Positions 12,994 through 27,444 of a stretch of DNA of 64,000 bases are shown here, in pieces. Location of the stretch: assembly GCA_964106915.2 (NCBI GenBank), contig OZ066919.1; one strand, written 5' to 3'. Source of the DNA: Podarcis gaigeae (taxonomy: Eukaryota). The notes beneath the pieces are model-generated. The model was not told the origin of the DNA and searched no databases. It saw nothing but the letters and a program-made list of their open reading frames with translations. Position numbers and translations under genes: made by a program. Every line of letters starts with the position of its first letter. Positions within the stretch are counted from its first letter, which is position 1.

Positions 12994-14930
12994 CCCTTCC
13001 TTTAATTTCCTTTAATTGATTGCAACTTTCTTCCTGGTGCCCTCTCTTACGTATAACAAACTCGGACATTATCACAAGATGCAGCAAATGATGCTTACAC
13101 TGACTCCCCATCACATTATAAGGACCCTTTGGAGTTTCTTCCTATTAACAGCAGCTTTGCAATCAGCTAAAAGCAGGTCTATCACTGTGGGTCCACACAG
13201 CACTTAATGTGGTGTTAAATTCTGCATAACACTCCTGCAATGTCCATCCTCATATCAAGGCCAAAAAATCGGCAGCATGTTAGAGTGCCAGCCACAGCAA
13301 TAACAAACCCCCGAAACTGTCAACATTATTTTTAAACGTTTTGTTCATTAATATACTATTGGGTCAATACTCCAAAAACATACCGAAAATTTAAAAAGGC
13401 AAATGCATTCTCCTGCTATGTAATGACAGTGGTGTGAACAGCTCATACACCTTATAGGTACACTTGCAAAAATGTAGTGCAGATTCCCTTTAAAAACACA
13501 CACAAACACTGACTTATTTAGCACTAAACATTTCCTACAGATTCCTTCCTATTTAATCCCACAAATCCACATTTCTTGTTCCGCCATTGAGGATGGAGAA
13601 GAATCAGTGGACAGAAGATGAGATTTCTCCTCCTCAAGCTCAGAAATATTGCCTGCAAAATACCCAAGGAATTTACATGAGTAGATAATGACCAAAATCC
13701 AGCCCACAGCTAAGCAGGCTTAAGCATATTAACTCCTTTTTTGGTTAGAGGCCAATGTCTTTCACGTGTGCTCCTCCAGACATATTTTTCCATTGGGGGG
13801 TGGGGGTGGAGGAATGCCAATGTGGAATGGACATTTTCCATCCTCTCTCGGCCCCGAAGCAAGAAACCAAGTATTTCTGATGGTGGGAGTTTGAGTCCCA
13901 TCAAAATATCCTAGGATAAATTATTTTACATGTGCAAAACTTAACACAGGATCTCTTCAGAACTGAGTCTAACCAAGCAAATGTTGTTTCCTTTTGGTTG
14001 CATGAGCAAACTGTGCTTGCTGATTCAGTGATTAGAAGCCACCTGCAGCCTCACACATAAGTTTCTTCCCTTAACCCACTTCCTGTTACATGTTACCCCA
14101 GCTCCTAACTTTCATTAGATCAGCACTAATTTGAGATCTCTGGCCCAGCAGTTGTTTTCTTTTTTCTTCCCTTGAAATAGAAACTAGTGGTGAGCCAATT
14201 CCTCAATGTGAATTGATGAATTCTTTCTCCCTGTCTAAACAGCACAGATATTTCCTTTTTATATATAACTGCTAGGGGCTGCTAAAACCAGGGTGTAAGA
14301 GGAATATGGCTGTAAGAAGAAGGAAACAGCGTGCTAACAGATCCTTTTATTTGAAGTACTACCACAACTTAAGGCATGAACTTAAGTTTCATGCTTCGCA
14401 GCAGTAGAAATAACAGCACCAATTTGTCTTGCCCACGCTTCTTACAGGATTGTTTTGGCAAACACAAGTTTCACTGCCCCTCCACCAAGGCAACCTCTCT
14501 TTTAGGTAGCATGTGTTGATCACAAGTCTGCAATGGTCCCTGTTCTGACTAATTACCCTACTTTTCACAAATGCTTTTCAATGAAGCTGCAACAGTAAAA
14601 AGCAACATGAGTATGTTGTCTCCTTGAAATTACGGCCAAGGTCTGCTTCTCCCAAGAGTCTTTTTCTGGTTGTTTACACAGCAAATTAAAATGACAATAA
14701 TTACGTAGACATATTGGGTAAGTATGTCTCATCATGAGTGATGGACACTTGATTGGACAATGCCAGTGACATGACAATCCCTCAGTCACGTTCTGAAAGC
14801 AGCCTCAATACCAACAGGAGTGAGGTCCAGACCATTTACTTCCTGTGAATTTGGGTTTCTAAGCAATGGTGGCACGCTTTGGAGAAGTGTGACTAAATAG
14901 ATATGGGGATCCGTTGATTTCTCAGAATAA

Positions 14931-17690
14931 TCTTCTTCAGCGATCACTTGTAGCTAAGTAAGATTGTCTTCCATGAACACTTCCTTAACATAGGTGACTG
15001 TGGAGGCCAATTCTGGATCCACACGCCCTTTCACAGTGGGGACATAGGTTTCCAGGCGGGAGTTGATCATGGTGAGGGTTTGCCAACCGTGCCTTCCTCT
15101 TAGCAAGTTTATCCCTTTTGTCCTATGTTTGAGCGTCTTCAAAGTCCATGACACCTTTGGTAAAGGCTGTTCTCCAATTGGAGCGCTCACAATTGTCGGT
15201 ATTTACATTGTATTTACAATTGTCGGTGTTTCCCAATTGTCGGTATTTACATTTTTTAAGATTTGCCTTGAGAGAGTCTTTAAACTTTTTGTTGACCACC
15301 AGCTTTATGCTTTCCATTTTTAAATTTAGAATAGAGTACTTGTTTTGGAAGTACTTGGATAATCAGGCATCCAAACAACATGAACAGTCCAACAAAGCTG
15401 ATGTTGACAAATCATTGCTTTGATTCTGGTGATCTTTGCTTCTTCCAGTACATTGGCATTAGTTCGCCTGTATTTCCAAGTGATATGTACAATTTTTCAG
15501 AGACACCAAGGTGTTGTATATGGCATTTATAAGTGTTCCATGTTTCACAAGCATACAATAGCTTTGTAAACAAGCATTTTGGTTTCCCTGTGAGTGTTCC
15601 TCAAACATTCTATGCTTCAATCGAGATAAAGCTGCACTCGCAGAGCTCAGGCAATGCTGGATTTCAGTATCAGTGTCGGCCCTTGTGGAAAGAGAACTGC
15701 CCAGGTAGGAGAAGTGATCAACATTTTCCAATGTTACACCACTGAGTTGGATTTGTTGTGCTGCAGAGGGGTTGTTTTGTGCATGTTGGTGTAGCACTTT
15801 TGGTTTTTGTGATGTTGAGCAATAGGCCAAGCTTTTTGTAAGCTTCTGCAAATATATTTAGGATAGTTTAGAGGTAATCCTCTGAGTGCGCGTACACTAT
15901 GTTGTCCTCAGCATACTGAAGCTCTGTGACGGAAGTTATGGTAACCTTACTCTTGGCTTTCAGCCTACTCAAATTAAAGAGCTTTCCATCTGTTCGATAT
16001 ATGATTTCTACTTCAGTGGGGAGTTTCCCTTTGACAATGTGTAGGATCATGGAAATGAACATAATAAATAGAGTTGGGGTGATAACATAACCCTGTTTAA
16101 CACCTGATCCCACTGTGAATGGTTCACTTTGAGAGCCATTGTTATCTGCGATTGTTGCTGTCATATCACGGAGGAGCCAAAGGATGCTCACAAATTTATC
16201 TGGGCAGCCAATTTTCAGAAGGACAGTCCACAGGGCATTGCAATTTACAGTGTTGAAGGCCTTAGTCAGGTCAATAAACGCCATATGCAGGGGTTGGTTT
16301 TGCGCTCTGCATTTTTCTTGAAGCTGTTGAGCAGTGAAAATCATGTCCACTGTTCCCCTAGAAGGTCAAAAACCATTTTGGGATTCAGGAAGGGTAGCCT
16401 CGGATATAGTTAGGAGACAGTTTGCTAAGATCCTTGCAAGGATTTTGCTAGCTGCAGCTAATAAAGAGATGCCTTGATAGTTTCCGTAATCCGTTCCATC
16501 TCCTTCTTTAAAAAAGGTTGATAATTTTGCCATTCCTATAGTCAGCAGGGATCTTTTTTTCTCTCCCAAAATGTTTTAATGAGCTTCTGAAGTTATTGTG
16601 TAAGTTCAGTTCTGCCCCCTTTGAAGACTTCGGCAGTTATCCCATCAGGTCTGCTGACTTTGTTGTTTTTCATTTGGTTAATAGTTGTACACAACTCTCC
16701 CAGATTTGGAGATACTACAAGCTCGTCTCTAATTTGTTTTTGCGGTATTTATGAGAGGACCTCAGCAGCTATGGGGGGGGGGGTTGCAGTTAAGGAAATG
16801 CTGGTAATGTTATTTCCAGTGCAATAGCTTCTTTATCTTTTAGAAGTGTGGTACCATCTGTTGAGCATAGGGATCATATGCCATTATTTATTGGCCCATA
16901 GATGGTCTTTGTGGCTTTAAAGAAACTCTGTGCATCATAAGTGCTGGCTAAGTGCTGGATCTCTTGAGCTTTTTTTATCCACCAGGTGTTCTTTACTTCT
17001 CTGGTTCTTCTTTAAACCTCAGCCTTAGTGTTGGCATAGGTTTTTTCCCCTAGTGGCGCAGTTTCTATCTCTTTGCCAGGTCTGAAAGGCCTTCCTTTTC
17101 TTGTCAATAATGCGTTCAATCTCACTATCATTCTCATCAAACCAGTCCTGGTGATTCTTGGTCTGGTATCCAATAGTTCACAGGTTACAATAATGGATGT
17201 TTTTAGCTTGGTCTAGTGTTCCTCAATGTTATCAGGGAACTCCAAAAGCAGATGGTCCTTAAGAGTCGTTTGGAAGCAATCCCACTTAATAGGATCTTGA
17301 AGGGCTTGATTGTTCATTTTGCACCTTGGTTTTCTTGCTTGAAGCCTGTGTTGAGTTATAATCTTGATAGCCATCATGGAATGTATTAATCAGTGATCTG
17401 TCCAGCATTGGCACTTGTCATAATTCTGGTAAGGAGCACTTTGCAGCGATATTCAGCTCGCAAAATTACATAGTCTAAGAGGTGCCAGTGGTTCGACCAA
17501 GAGTGCCTCCATGATGTTTTAAATTTATTTATTTTGTTGAAAGAGTGTGTTGGTAATATCAAGGTTGTGCACTGCACATATAGTCAAAAGTAATATTCCG
17601 TTCTGGTTGCCAATTCCTTCTTTCCCAATAGTCCCAGGCCACAGGTTGAAATCTTGCTCAGCTCTTGCATTAAAATTACCCACTCATCAT
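14931..17690 (-). mobile_element. Degenerate RTE-clade LINE (endonuclease 3' part, RT, zinc knuckle, (GAA)n tail)
   Basis: Minus-strand fragments GNFNAR, WHLLDYV, NYQGISLL, LPESQNGF, DMIF..QQLQEKC...AFIDLTKAF, GVKQG, RTDGKLFNLSRLKAK, LQYAED, LENVDHFSYLGS, CPHC..CGSRIGLHSH; many stops and frameshifts. Confidence 0.95.
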
Positions 17691-17809
17691 GACAAGATGA
17701 TATTCCAGCGAGTGAAGGAAAACAATAGCTGTACACTGACAAGATGGTATAAGCAGTGGGGTGGATGTATAGTTGTGTCACTGATCACTAGTGACATCAC
17801 AGGTACTGT

Positions 17810-18113
17810 CCAGTAAGTACTGTTGATGATGCACTGCAATGTTCTACATGCATCTCAATGGCAACAATTACACATTTGCCCAGGGCAAAGTATTCTCTTT
17901 TGAGGGCAGAAACATAGGATGCTATTCAACCAAGCTTTACCCAGAGTAGCCTCATTTAAATTAAAAGACCTAACTTAGTCATGTTCATTCATTCATTTCT
18001 ATGGATCTACCATCACTCCATGCATCAGCACTGGTGATCACATGCTTGAGGTGGTAGACAATTTTGTCTACCTGTGTTCCACCATATCCAGTGACCTCTC
18101 CACTGATGCTGAA
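17810..18113 (+). mobile_element. Older RTE LINE fragment, interrupted by a palindromic MITE
   Basis: LEVVDNFVYLCSTISSDLSTDAE (18042-18113) resembles the RTE post-RT motif; a DDA-like remnant lies near 17825. Confidence 0.6.
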
Positions 18114-18369
18114 TATAATTTAGTAATTATGACTAAATTTGCATCTATGCATATAATTCCTATATACATATTCTATGTAAATCTGCCCCCACTTTGTTTT
18201 GCAATGTGTACATTGTCATCCATCTAGCCCAGTGCTATTTTACTAGAAAAAGACATTCCAGAACTCACCATGAACACCTCCCTTGTTCTCTTAGAATGGC
18301 AATGAAGAGGTGCCAGAACCCACCTGAGGTTCCAGAACTTAGTTCTGGAGAGTTCCAGCTGGAAAAAAG

Positions 18370-18555
18370 CCCTGATCTAGCCCAATATTGTGTTATTCTG
18401 ACAGGCAACAGATCTAATGGATCTCAGGCAGTGGGCTTTCCCATCATCTGCCACCACCTTTAAAAACACACACGACCTGGAGATAACAGGAATTGAACCT
18501 GGGCTATTTTCACCATGCAAATCATGTGCTTTACCACTAAGATATGGTCCCTTCC
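18370..18555 (-). mobile_element. tRNA-derived Squam-type SINE
   Basis: Reverse complement reads ggaagggaccatatcttagtggtaaagcacatg...cccaggttcaattcctg (A/B boxes); related copies near 23083 (+) and 47390 (-). Confidence 0.6.
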
Positions 18556-20799
18556 ATATACACAGAAGCACCAGCCTGATGGAAGACATTTGAACCCCAG
18601 ACAGCAAAATCCCAGGCACACCTGTATGGGGGGGGGGGGAAGTGTGGAAGGGTACACAATGCCCAAGCAAAGTGAAAATAGAGCATGCAGCTTTGACTGA
18701 GGAAGCACATACAGTACCTGGCTAAATGGGCTTTTCAGAAAGGATGGTGAAGTGACTATGCACGAGGAGAGAACTCTCTCACTCAATTGATGTGGTGCTT
18801 TCCAACCAAATTATTCAGCCCATGACCTTGATAGCCACTCGGCTAGCAGCTGCGGTGTCTACTCTCTTTCACTATTGCAGGTGCAGTTAGCAACAGTTGG
18901 ATCTCCTGCTTGGTTGAGTTTACTTCTCAGCTTTATAACAAAATTAAATCACACAAGGAACATTTATAACACTATGTACTCTCCAAGTGGCTTGCAGACA
19001 GCAAGCACATAGTAAGGGCTCGTCCACTTCCTTCTGCTCAGCCACTAGGTTTGCATAGTATTTTTTTCCCCCTGGAACAAAAATTCTTGCAAATTGTGAA
19101 GTCAGCTGTGTGGACTGCCCAGGGCACGCACTTGAACTCAGAGGACCAGTGGGAGTCGGTATAAGTTAGAACACCCACAAGACTAAGTGGAAATCCTTGC
19201 ACTGATGGGATACATTACTCAACGCTCCTTTGGATGCAATCCAAGGAAACCAACAATTAAAGCTTCCTTCTCTCCACCCCTTGTGAGAAAGGAATCTATC
19301 TGACACTGGGGCAATAAACAGAAGCTGTTCCCTTTGAATTATCATGGCTTTTGGCCAACACAATTCATTACAGCTCCAGCTCCACCCTCCTCTACCTTTC
19401 AGACCAACCACCACGTAACTAATTGGTGCCATTCTGCTGCTATTTGCTAGAGTGCAGAAAGGGGAAATATCACAAACAAAAAAGCATGCCAAATCTCACA
19501 GCTTGCGTTGTCTTTGTTACATTACCTTACATTCAGAGCTTATGCTGATTAGAATAAAGCAAGCCACTGATGATGACCCATGATCATTCAAGACCCGCAC
19601 CCCACTGACCTGGCTGCTTCCCTGGCTTCATCTGTTTAAAGCCACGTAAGCTGTTCTTCTATCTTCTTGTTGCTAAGGCTTATCCCAGTGGGATCCTGCT
19701 CCTCGTAAATCTTTCTCTGTAAAGTCACTTGAACTCTGGCATTCCAAGGGACCAAGAAACAGAATTGCAAGGAAAAACCTAACTGTATTCACAGGAGGAC
19801 ACAAAGTGCTAGAAGTAAAACCTAAACAGAAGCCAAGCCGAACCCTTATTTCTCCTGGTCTACAAAAGGCAAAAAATAAATAAATGGGGGGTATTGTCTG
19901 TCAAACCCAAATCAGATCACAACAAAAAATATTTTTCTCATATCAGTTCATGGTGAGGGTGTGAACAACAACAACAACAACAAAATGATACAGTAGTACC
20001 ATCTGTCACCATCCCCGACAGAGTGAATCACAAGTGCATAACACAAGAGCTTCAGTGCTTAGCTGTTTAACTGATGTCTTGTTTGGTCCAACAGAATGAC
20101 AAATTGGGAGATAATCATTTTTCTCCATAAGGCTCAGGGGTCTAATTAAGGCTAAAGACCCAATAAACAAAATATCCCAACAATGAAGGACAGAGGCAGG
20201 TGATGCAATGATTTTAATGATTTCAACTGATGCATTTTAGCTTCTGGATGATTTAATACTTTTAAGCCCTTACCACGCGGAGGAATATTCATGTTCAGCA
20301 GCCAGTGGACCTATTACTTCTTGCCCTTTCTCATGTCCCCTTCCCCCAAGTATTTCTTGGGAAATGGGATGAGGACAAATGGACAGCCACAGCAGGTCAC
20401 AGCACAGTTGTATAGAAGGGAGACTCCAGGAGATCAGACTTAGGAGGGCTATATGATCAGGGTGTCTATGAGACATTCTCTCCTTCTCTGCTGAGTGCAT
20501 GCACACCCTTCCCCACATACACAGCATGCCCCAGGGACACAATTACCTCTCCAAAAGGCTGCCCTTCATTTCCATGCTTCATATGTGAATACCTTGCCTA
20601 TGCAAAAACAACAAGTGCACATTTTAAAAGGGAAAACAATCTACTTGGCATATTGGCTGCTTAAGGCTGCAGGAAGCAGCAGTTGCAGCCTGCCGCAGAC
20701 CACAGCTGCAGGCGCCCGTCTGGTATCTGGGCAGCCAAAGGATGGCATCATTTCCTCTTCCACCAGCCGCTCAGGATTCTAGGGGGTGCCTGTGATTTT

Positions 20800-21260
20800 G
20801 ACTAATCATGGTCAAGCCTGGAGGTGTGACCTGGGGACGCAGAGAAGATTGATGACTTCTGTCTAGTCTGCTCCTTGGACATAAAAAAAGCCATGCTGGG
20901 GTTCCTCTCGCAGTTGGAGCTCAGGCTCCCCACTCGCCACCTGTAGCTCTATGTGTGGCTCTGCCTGTCTTAGACCTTGCTATGAAAGTATTCAGTCACT
21001 GTATTGGGGGCCAGGGAAGAATTTGCCTTCAGAGAAACTGGGCCTGTCTGGGAGTTTTGCCTTCCTCACAGCAATCATTACAACTTGAGGGTGGATAAGG
21101 CACTGGGGTTTATCCTTAGTCGGTTGGACAGCGGGTCGGGACCTCCACCACCAACAGCTGGTCCAGTGAAACAGGGTATCCCCTTAAAGGATTGTGGAGA
21201 TGCTTCTGTCCAAATGCCCAGATGGAGGTAAGCAAGCCATAGATCCACCCAGGTGATCTC
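20800..21260 (+). mobile_element. Diverged DIRS/Ngaro-like remnant
   Basis: Shares ordered motifs gaccttgctatg, gaattt, gttttgcct, caacttg, aggcactgg and ttaaagga with 52370-53165. Confidence 0.45.
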
Positions 21261-22248
21261 GGGCAGGATCACCCTGATTTGGTCAAACCTGCCAATATAA
21301 TCGATACACTCCCAATGCCTGCACTAAAACCTGTTGACACAGCTTCAACTTTCTTGAAGTTGTAGCCTATTTAAATCCCAAATGGTAGCCCTGGGTTTAC
21401 TGCAATTCTGCCAGCTGTAGAGCCCACAGCTTCTGGCTTCACTGTGGCTGAGGCCCATCATAGCTTTTACCACATTGCTCAGGCTTTGCGTGGAGGTATC
21501 TGTTTGTTTAAATGAGACTGGGTGGGTTTTAAAATAGCCTGGTGTTTAGCAATAGAAGGAAGTTATGATAAAAACAGCAGAGTATGATATGAGAAGTGTA
21601 ACAGATGGCCTTCCTCTATGTAGCTAGCTTCCCCCAGTTTTCTGTTTCAGGGCATTGAAATTGCAGACTTGCAAACAGCCACAGATCAGGAGAGATCAAG
21701 CCAAACACAGGCCTCACAGGGTCACTGTTGAGAACCGGATGCTGCCCTAGATGGACTCTAATAGACTGCAATCCTTTGCACACTTTTCTGGGAAGAAGGC
21801 CTACTGAACAGCATGGAACTTATTTTGAAGTAAACATGCATAGGATTGTGGTGCTAGTCTATTTTGGCAGGCTGTGCTAGATGATAGACTAGCAGACCAA
21901 CCCAAGGAAATTAAAACTGCAAGGTTGAAAACCAAAAACAATGAATACTTCAGAATTGTGATGTCTCAAAAAATAGAAAGAGCAATATTTTTCAAACCTA
22001 GATAAAACTGACATACAAATCCCTTCTAAACTTGAGCCTCAATAGCATAGCCACACAGAGCCTATGGCTCCTGCTTGACTTTTTCTGCCTATGACCAAAC
22101 CCCACACACAAACATCATGGCCAGTTTGCCTTCCTGACTTTTGCACATGCCCAATATCATGCCTGTTATACATATTTATAGTGACTTCAATAAAGTCATG
22201 ATCTTTGCTTTGTAACTGAACCTGCATTGGCTGTATATAGACCTAAAA

Positions 22249-22590
22249 AAGGTAAAGGTAAAGGACACCTGACAGTTAAGTCCAGTCGCAGATGACTCGC
22301 TTTGCATGCCGAGGGAGCCAGCGTTTATCCGCAGACAGTTTTTCTGGGTCATGTGGCCAGCATGACTAAGCCACTTCTGGTGAAACCAGAGCAGCGCGCA
22401 GAACACCATTTACCTTCCCGCTGGAGCGGTACCTATTTATCTACTTGCACTTTTGGGCGTGCTTTCGAACTGCTAGGTTTGCAGGAACAGGGACCAAGCA
22501 ATGGGAGCTCATCCTATCGCGGGGATTCGAACCACCGACCTTCTGATCGGCAAGCCCAAGAGGCTCAGTGGTTTAGACCACAGCACCAAC
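22249..22590 (-). mobile_element. Sauria SINE
   Basis: aaggtaaaggtaaagg tail, gtggccagcatgactaagcc core, ggattcgaacc B box. Confidence 0.9.
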
Positions 22591-23082
22591 AAATGCAAAA
22601 AATGATTCCCCCCTTCCACTTCAAGACTTGGAGAAATACTAAATGAGGGGCAACGAACCGTAAACAAGGGGTCTCACTGTTCCAGGATGAGCTTCCAGTA
22701 CAGAAGAAAAAGTGTGTCAAAAAGCATGCTCACAAGGAGAGGTGGGGGGGGGGTGAGACAGGGTCCTTTGGGCTTCCAAGATTCTAAATTAATCAGCTTT
22801 AGCTGCGGCTTGGAAAGAAAAATGCTGCAGAAATCAACAGTTTTAGCATTAAGGAGAGGGGAGCAGGAACCAGAATTCTGGTAGTGAAGGGTAAGGAATG
22901 AAGCACCAACTATGTGGGACTGCCATTCATCGGAAAGCTTGTCTGTCTTAAAAGGAGGTTATCCAGAACACAAGTGGAGCACAAAAGAGGAGCAAGAAGT
23001 CAGCAGGCTGCTCTTCTTGCCTCTCGTGGGTTTTAAGTAGCAAAATTCATGGGGAAAAATAGCCAGTCTGGTCGTGTTCTAA

Positions 23083-23266
23083 GAGGGCCGTGTTCCACAC
23101 TTCTTGGTGATACAGCACATGCCTTGCCTGCAGAGGTTTCCAGGTTCAGACTCTGGCACCTCCAAGTAAAAGGACCTCAGGTAGTAAGTGATGGGGAAGG
23201 CTTTCATCAGAGACCCTGGAGAGCTACTGCCAGCCAGCAGAGACCGTGAGGAGCTAGATGGACCAA
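23083..23266 (+). mobile_element. Squam-type SINE
   Basis: ccaggttcagactctggcacctcca...accctggagagctactgccag...gagctagatggaccaa. Confidence 0.6.
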
Positions 23267-26200
23267 AACGTTGGTTCAGAGAACGTTGGTTCAGTTCACA
23301 TTTTAATGCGAACCTGCCTAAATGGCCACTGTCTGAACCAACACACAAACCAAAACACAGCTATCCTTCAAAATGCACACTCCTCTGAATTGTGTGACAC
23401 AGTCCTTCAAACAAAAAACTTGTATTATGAGCCATTGGGAGAAATGGGCACTCAGACGCTTGTGAATTTTCATGAGGAGCATTTTTAAAAAATCACAAAC
23501 TGGGAATGTGGTAAACTCAATTTAAGACTGAGAAATGAGAGAACAGATTTGTCTATCCCTAATCTGGCCTGATATAAGACAATAAGAAAATAAGAGTTTA
23601 ATGACTTTCCTAGGAAAGTGAAGATATCAGGGATATCATGCTACCTAAGACCAACTAGCCCTCCCATCCAAGATGGAATGGCAACTTCTCTCAATTCTCT
23701 AGAAAACAACTAATGCAGGCTTACCTGTTTCTCCTGTGTGCTAGTGGCCCCTTCATAATTCAATTACCAGTGATTTATCCTGTCTCTACAACTGTGAACG
23801 CATACTTTATTTCCCCTCTGGCTTTGCAGGAGAAGAGGACAGCATGCCAAAACCTCGTACAGCAGATATACTCAATTCCTGCTTTGGGAAATGCTCGGGT
23901 TTTCATCCACCAGAGTTGCAGTTGTTGAAAAAAGAAAGCATAATGCATTTTTTTCCATTTCACAGGAGTAACAAAGTATTCATCATAAACATTGGTCTAG
24001 GTTGCAGGCTATAAAACATGGAGTTCAGCTGACAGAATGCCTCATAAACTTCCCAGTGCTGAGATCTAGAAGACTTTTGATTTACTCCGTGTATCTGAAC
24101 TGAGACAAACTGCAGCACACGACACATTTCGCCCTCTCTGCCTCTGGATTCTTTCAATGACACCGAGACAACCCTCTTCCCCACCCCCTTGGCAGAGCAA
24201 TTTTTAATTATTAATTCGTACGGTGGTGCTGAGCCGTTTCCTTTGTCCAGCAATAACCGTGCCCTAGTCTCAGAGTCTCTCTGTGGTGAATGAGTTTTGA
24301 TGTGGAATGTGGTTTGCAGAGAAAGGTGAGTTTCCTACCGTGTGACTCTCCATGTGGAAACTGACATGGAACAACTGGGAAGGCTACATCAATGCAGTGG
24401 TTGAGTATTTGAATAATTCCTCCTCCTGCCTACCTGACATTTGAGGCTGGGAAATGTGACCTGCCTTCCTCTTTTCTGCCAGGTATACCTCTCAGTTATG
24501 GAAGACTCAATCCCACATCACTGTATTTCTAATGCATTACATTGTTATCTCATCCTCCTTCCATGGAGTCCTAATTTTGTACCCAGTGATCACAAATTTC
24601 AAAAATGTTTGGCCTGCTCTCTATTGCAGCAGCATAAGTTCCATCCCTGCCTGACATCTTCAACTGAAAAAGACATGGTGGCATATGATAGGAAAACTCT
24701 CTTCCTGGGACACTGGAGAACTGTTGCCAGTCAGAGTAGAAAACGCCTGGTATAAGGCTGCCTCCTGTGTTACTATGAGAGAGCTGTTCTGTCTTCCATG
24801 ATCTGCATTTATGCAATTGATACCAGGTTGCTGCAGACTTGCAATTGAAGGGAGCAACACTCTAGGGAGGAAATGAGAAAAAAACACTAGGAAGAACATT
24901 TTTTATAAAATCGGAGCATTTCCATAAAACATTCAGGCTTGTGAAAATGTTCTCTTTTGATTTAAATAATAACATCAGTCCTCCCTTGCCACATGAACAA
25001 GCGCTCTCAGTGCACGAGTAGCACAGCTAAATTCTGAGTTATACCTGCTGCTGTTCACCCAAATTGCCAGTCACGTACAATTTAAGGCTGTACCAGCAAC
25101 GGATAGTTTGAGATGAAGGGTTGGAGTAAGATAGCTCCATCCAAACCACCAACATGTTCAAGCGCAACTTGTAATCTGTTGCAGCTTGATGTGCTGTCAT
25201 ATTTCATCACCGGAACAACATTTCTAAAACTTTGTAATCTTGTTAGTGAGATGTTCAGTTTGTATGTGATCTGTGCTGATTCATCTCCTGACCAGGCAGT
25301 CCTTCCTGCTATCTGGCACGCATCGTTCTCGGCCTGAGGAACCCATCTGCATGGCTCCTGAGAACCACTGGCAGGTCCCCTCTCACCACTAAGAAATGTG
25401 CCTCAATCCCCTTGCACTGAGCTATTATGGTATGTATTGTTGTACTAATCCTCTCATTCTGGTTTCTCAGCACATTAATCCACTGTGGCATGTGTCCACA
25501 GACACCTTATGTAATGAGCCAAAAATAACTATCTTCTGTCAAGCCAAATTTCCCAGGCCTGGCGCATCCCACAAGCTAGGATCCTCATTCTAGGCTCTCC
25601 TCCTCCTAACCACTAGACCTCCAAACCACATACAGTGTCATGTGCCGTATAAGGCTGCCTGTAGGCTTTTCTGTCTTGAGAGCCTTTGCAGAACTTTTAA
25701 AAATGAAATCTCTCATGATGGTGAAGATGCATTAGAAAAAGAGAATGTGGAACCGGGATGCAAATAAAAAGAAGGCAAATGTGGTTTTTCAAATTTCATT
25801 GTTTTTATGCCCATTACATTGTTTTGCATGAAGGCTAATTCCAGCATTGGAATGTGAACCTGTGCTCAGACCTAAAATAGGTGATGTAATGACAAAAATA
25901 AAAAGGCTATCTGAAATTGCAAATTGCCCAGCTCTGTGGGGTTTCAAGATCTTCATGAAATTTGTTAGCAGTTTTTGCATATAACATGACTGTTCAAACC
26001 AGCAATAATCCACCTGGGAGGCAGGGGCAGCTTGCAAACCCTTGGGCTTATCTGAGTTTCAAAGGTGATTTCCAGACATGCTTGAATCCAGCCCGCTCCT
26101 TTTTTGGAACCTAAGAGCACAAGTGTGAGTAATAATTCCCAAATTCTTTCTATTTCACGCACGCCTCCATTCATCAGATTAGCACCAGACCCCAACCAGT

Positions 26201-27444
26201 CACCATCCTCATGTAAATTCTGTGGACTGCCTGCTTATAAACCATGTAAAGCCACGATTGCTCTTGACTCATGGAGCATTTCCAGTGTGTGAGGTCTGAC
26301 TTCAAATTGCTTTCTCAACCCGACAGTCAATCCCCGTTTCCTCCCTGAGTCAGAAGCTGAAGAAACACTGTCTGGAGGTTCCTCGTTAGCCCATCTCTAC
26401 TCACTCCGGTCTTGTTAGGCATGGTTTCAGTCTGCTCCTCGAGCCTTACTCATGAACCGAGTTCCTGGCTTGTGCGTTCAGGAAATGTACTAGGCAGGAA
26501 ATAGACTGGGAGCCATTTCCTTTCCTGTGGGGGAGGGAGGTGATGATGAGCCTACAGAGAAGGTGGAGCCGCACATTAACACAGCTGGAATATAGAGAGC
26601 TGCATGGTGCAAGGATGTTATTCTTGGGTCGTGGGAGGAGAACGACTGCCAGCAAGGAGGCTCCAGTGCCTTGGGCAACAGCACAGCCAGCCACTCCCTT
26701 GGAAGAGAGTCATTGTTTCCTATTTCTGCATAGCAATGAAGCAGCCACTTTCAAAGATCAGCCCAACAAGAAAACGGGATTTGATCTGAGAGTTCTCCAA
26801 TCCAGAGACCTCAGTTTCTGAATAGCGATGAACATGAGTGGGTGGGAATGTAGCGGTGACCTTTCCAGGCAACTTGGAAGAGACACAGTGGGGAAAAGGA
26901 TGGAGGTGATTTGTGTGTGCGCCTGTTCCCTGGGCTCTCCTGGCTCTCCTTTGGCTGGCAATGACACGGGGCTCAAGCTTCTGGAATTTTATTGCTGATC
27001 TTATCAGTCTAACAACTCACTGATTTCAGTGAGCTGAAGGACAACAAGAGCATGCGGTCCTTTCTTTTTTAAAAAAGACAACAACATAACTCCGATTAAA
27101 TTGTAAACATGTGATGGTTATTAACATCAAACCAGTTTAATTCCACTCACCAAATGACAGCCAAATCAAGAATGCAGAGATGGCCGATGTTTTATGTGTC
27201 TTTTTTAAAAGAGCATTTTATTGATCTTTTAGTGAAATAGCATTGATCAAGTCCAACAAAACCTCTAGAGTGTTACATGCTTATATCAGTCCAATATAAG
27301 AAGGAGAAAAATGAGCGAGGGCACTGTCAAATTACTGGCTCATTGAATATATTGTCAAGGCTTTAACTGTCTGTGACACAGCCTCTCCATAAGTAAGCAA
27401 GAGTGGCTGGAGGTCTTACATCAACGTCACTTCTGCTGACATAA

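Noticed and set aside
25109-25118. TGAGATGAAG resembling the 5' end of miR-143
   Set aside because: Only 10 nt match; the rest of the mature sequence and the hairpin are absent.
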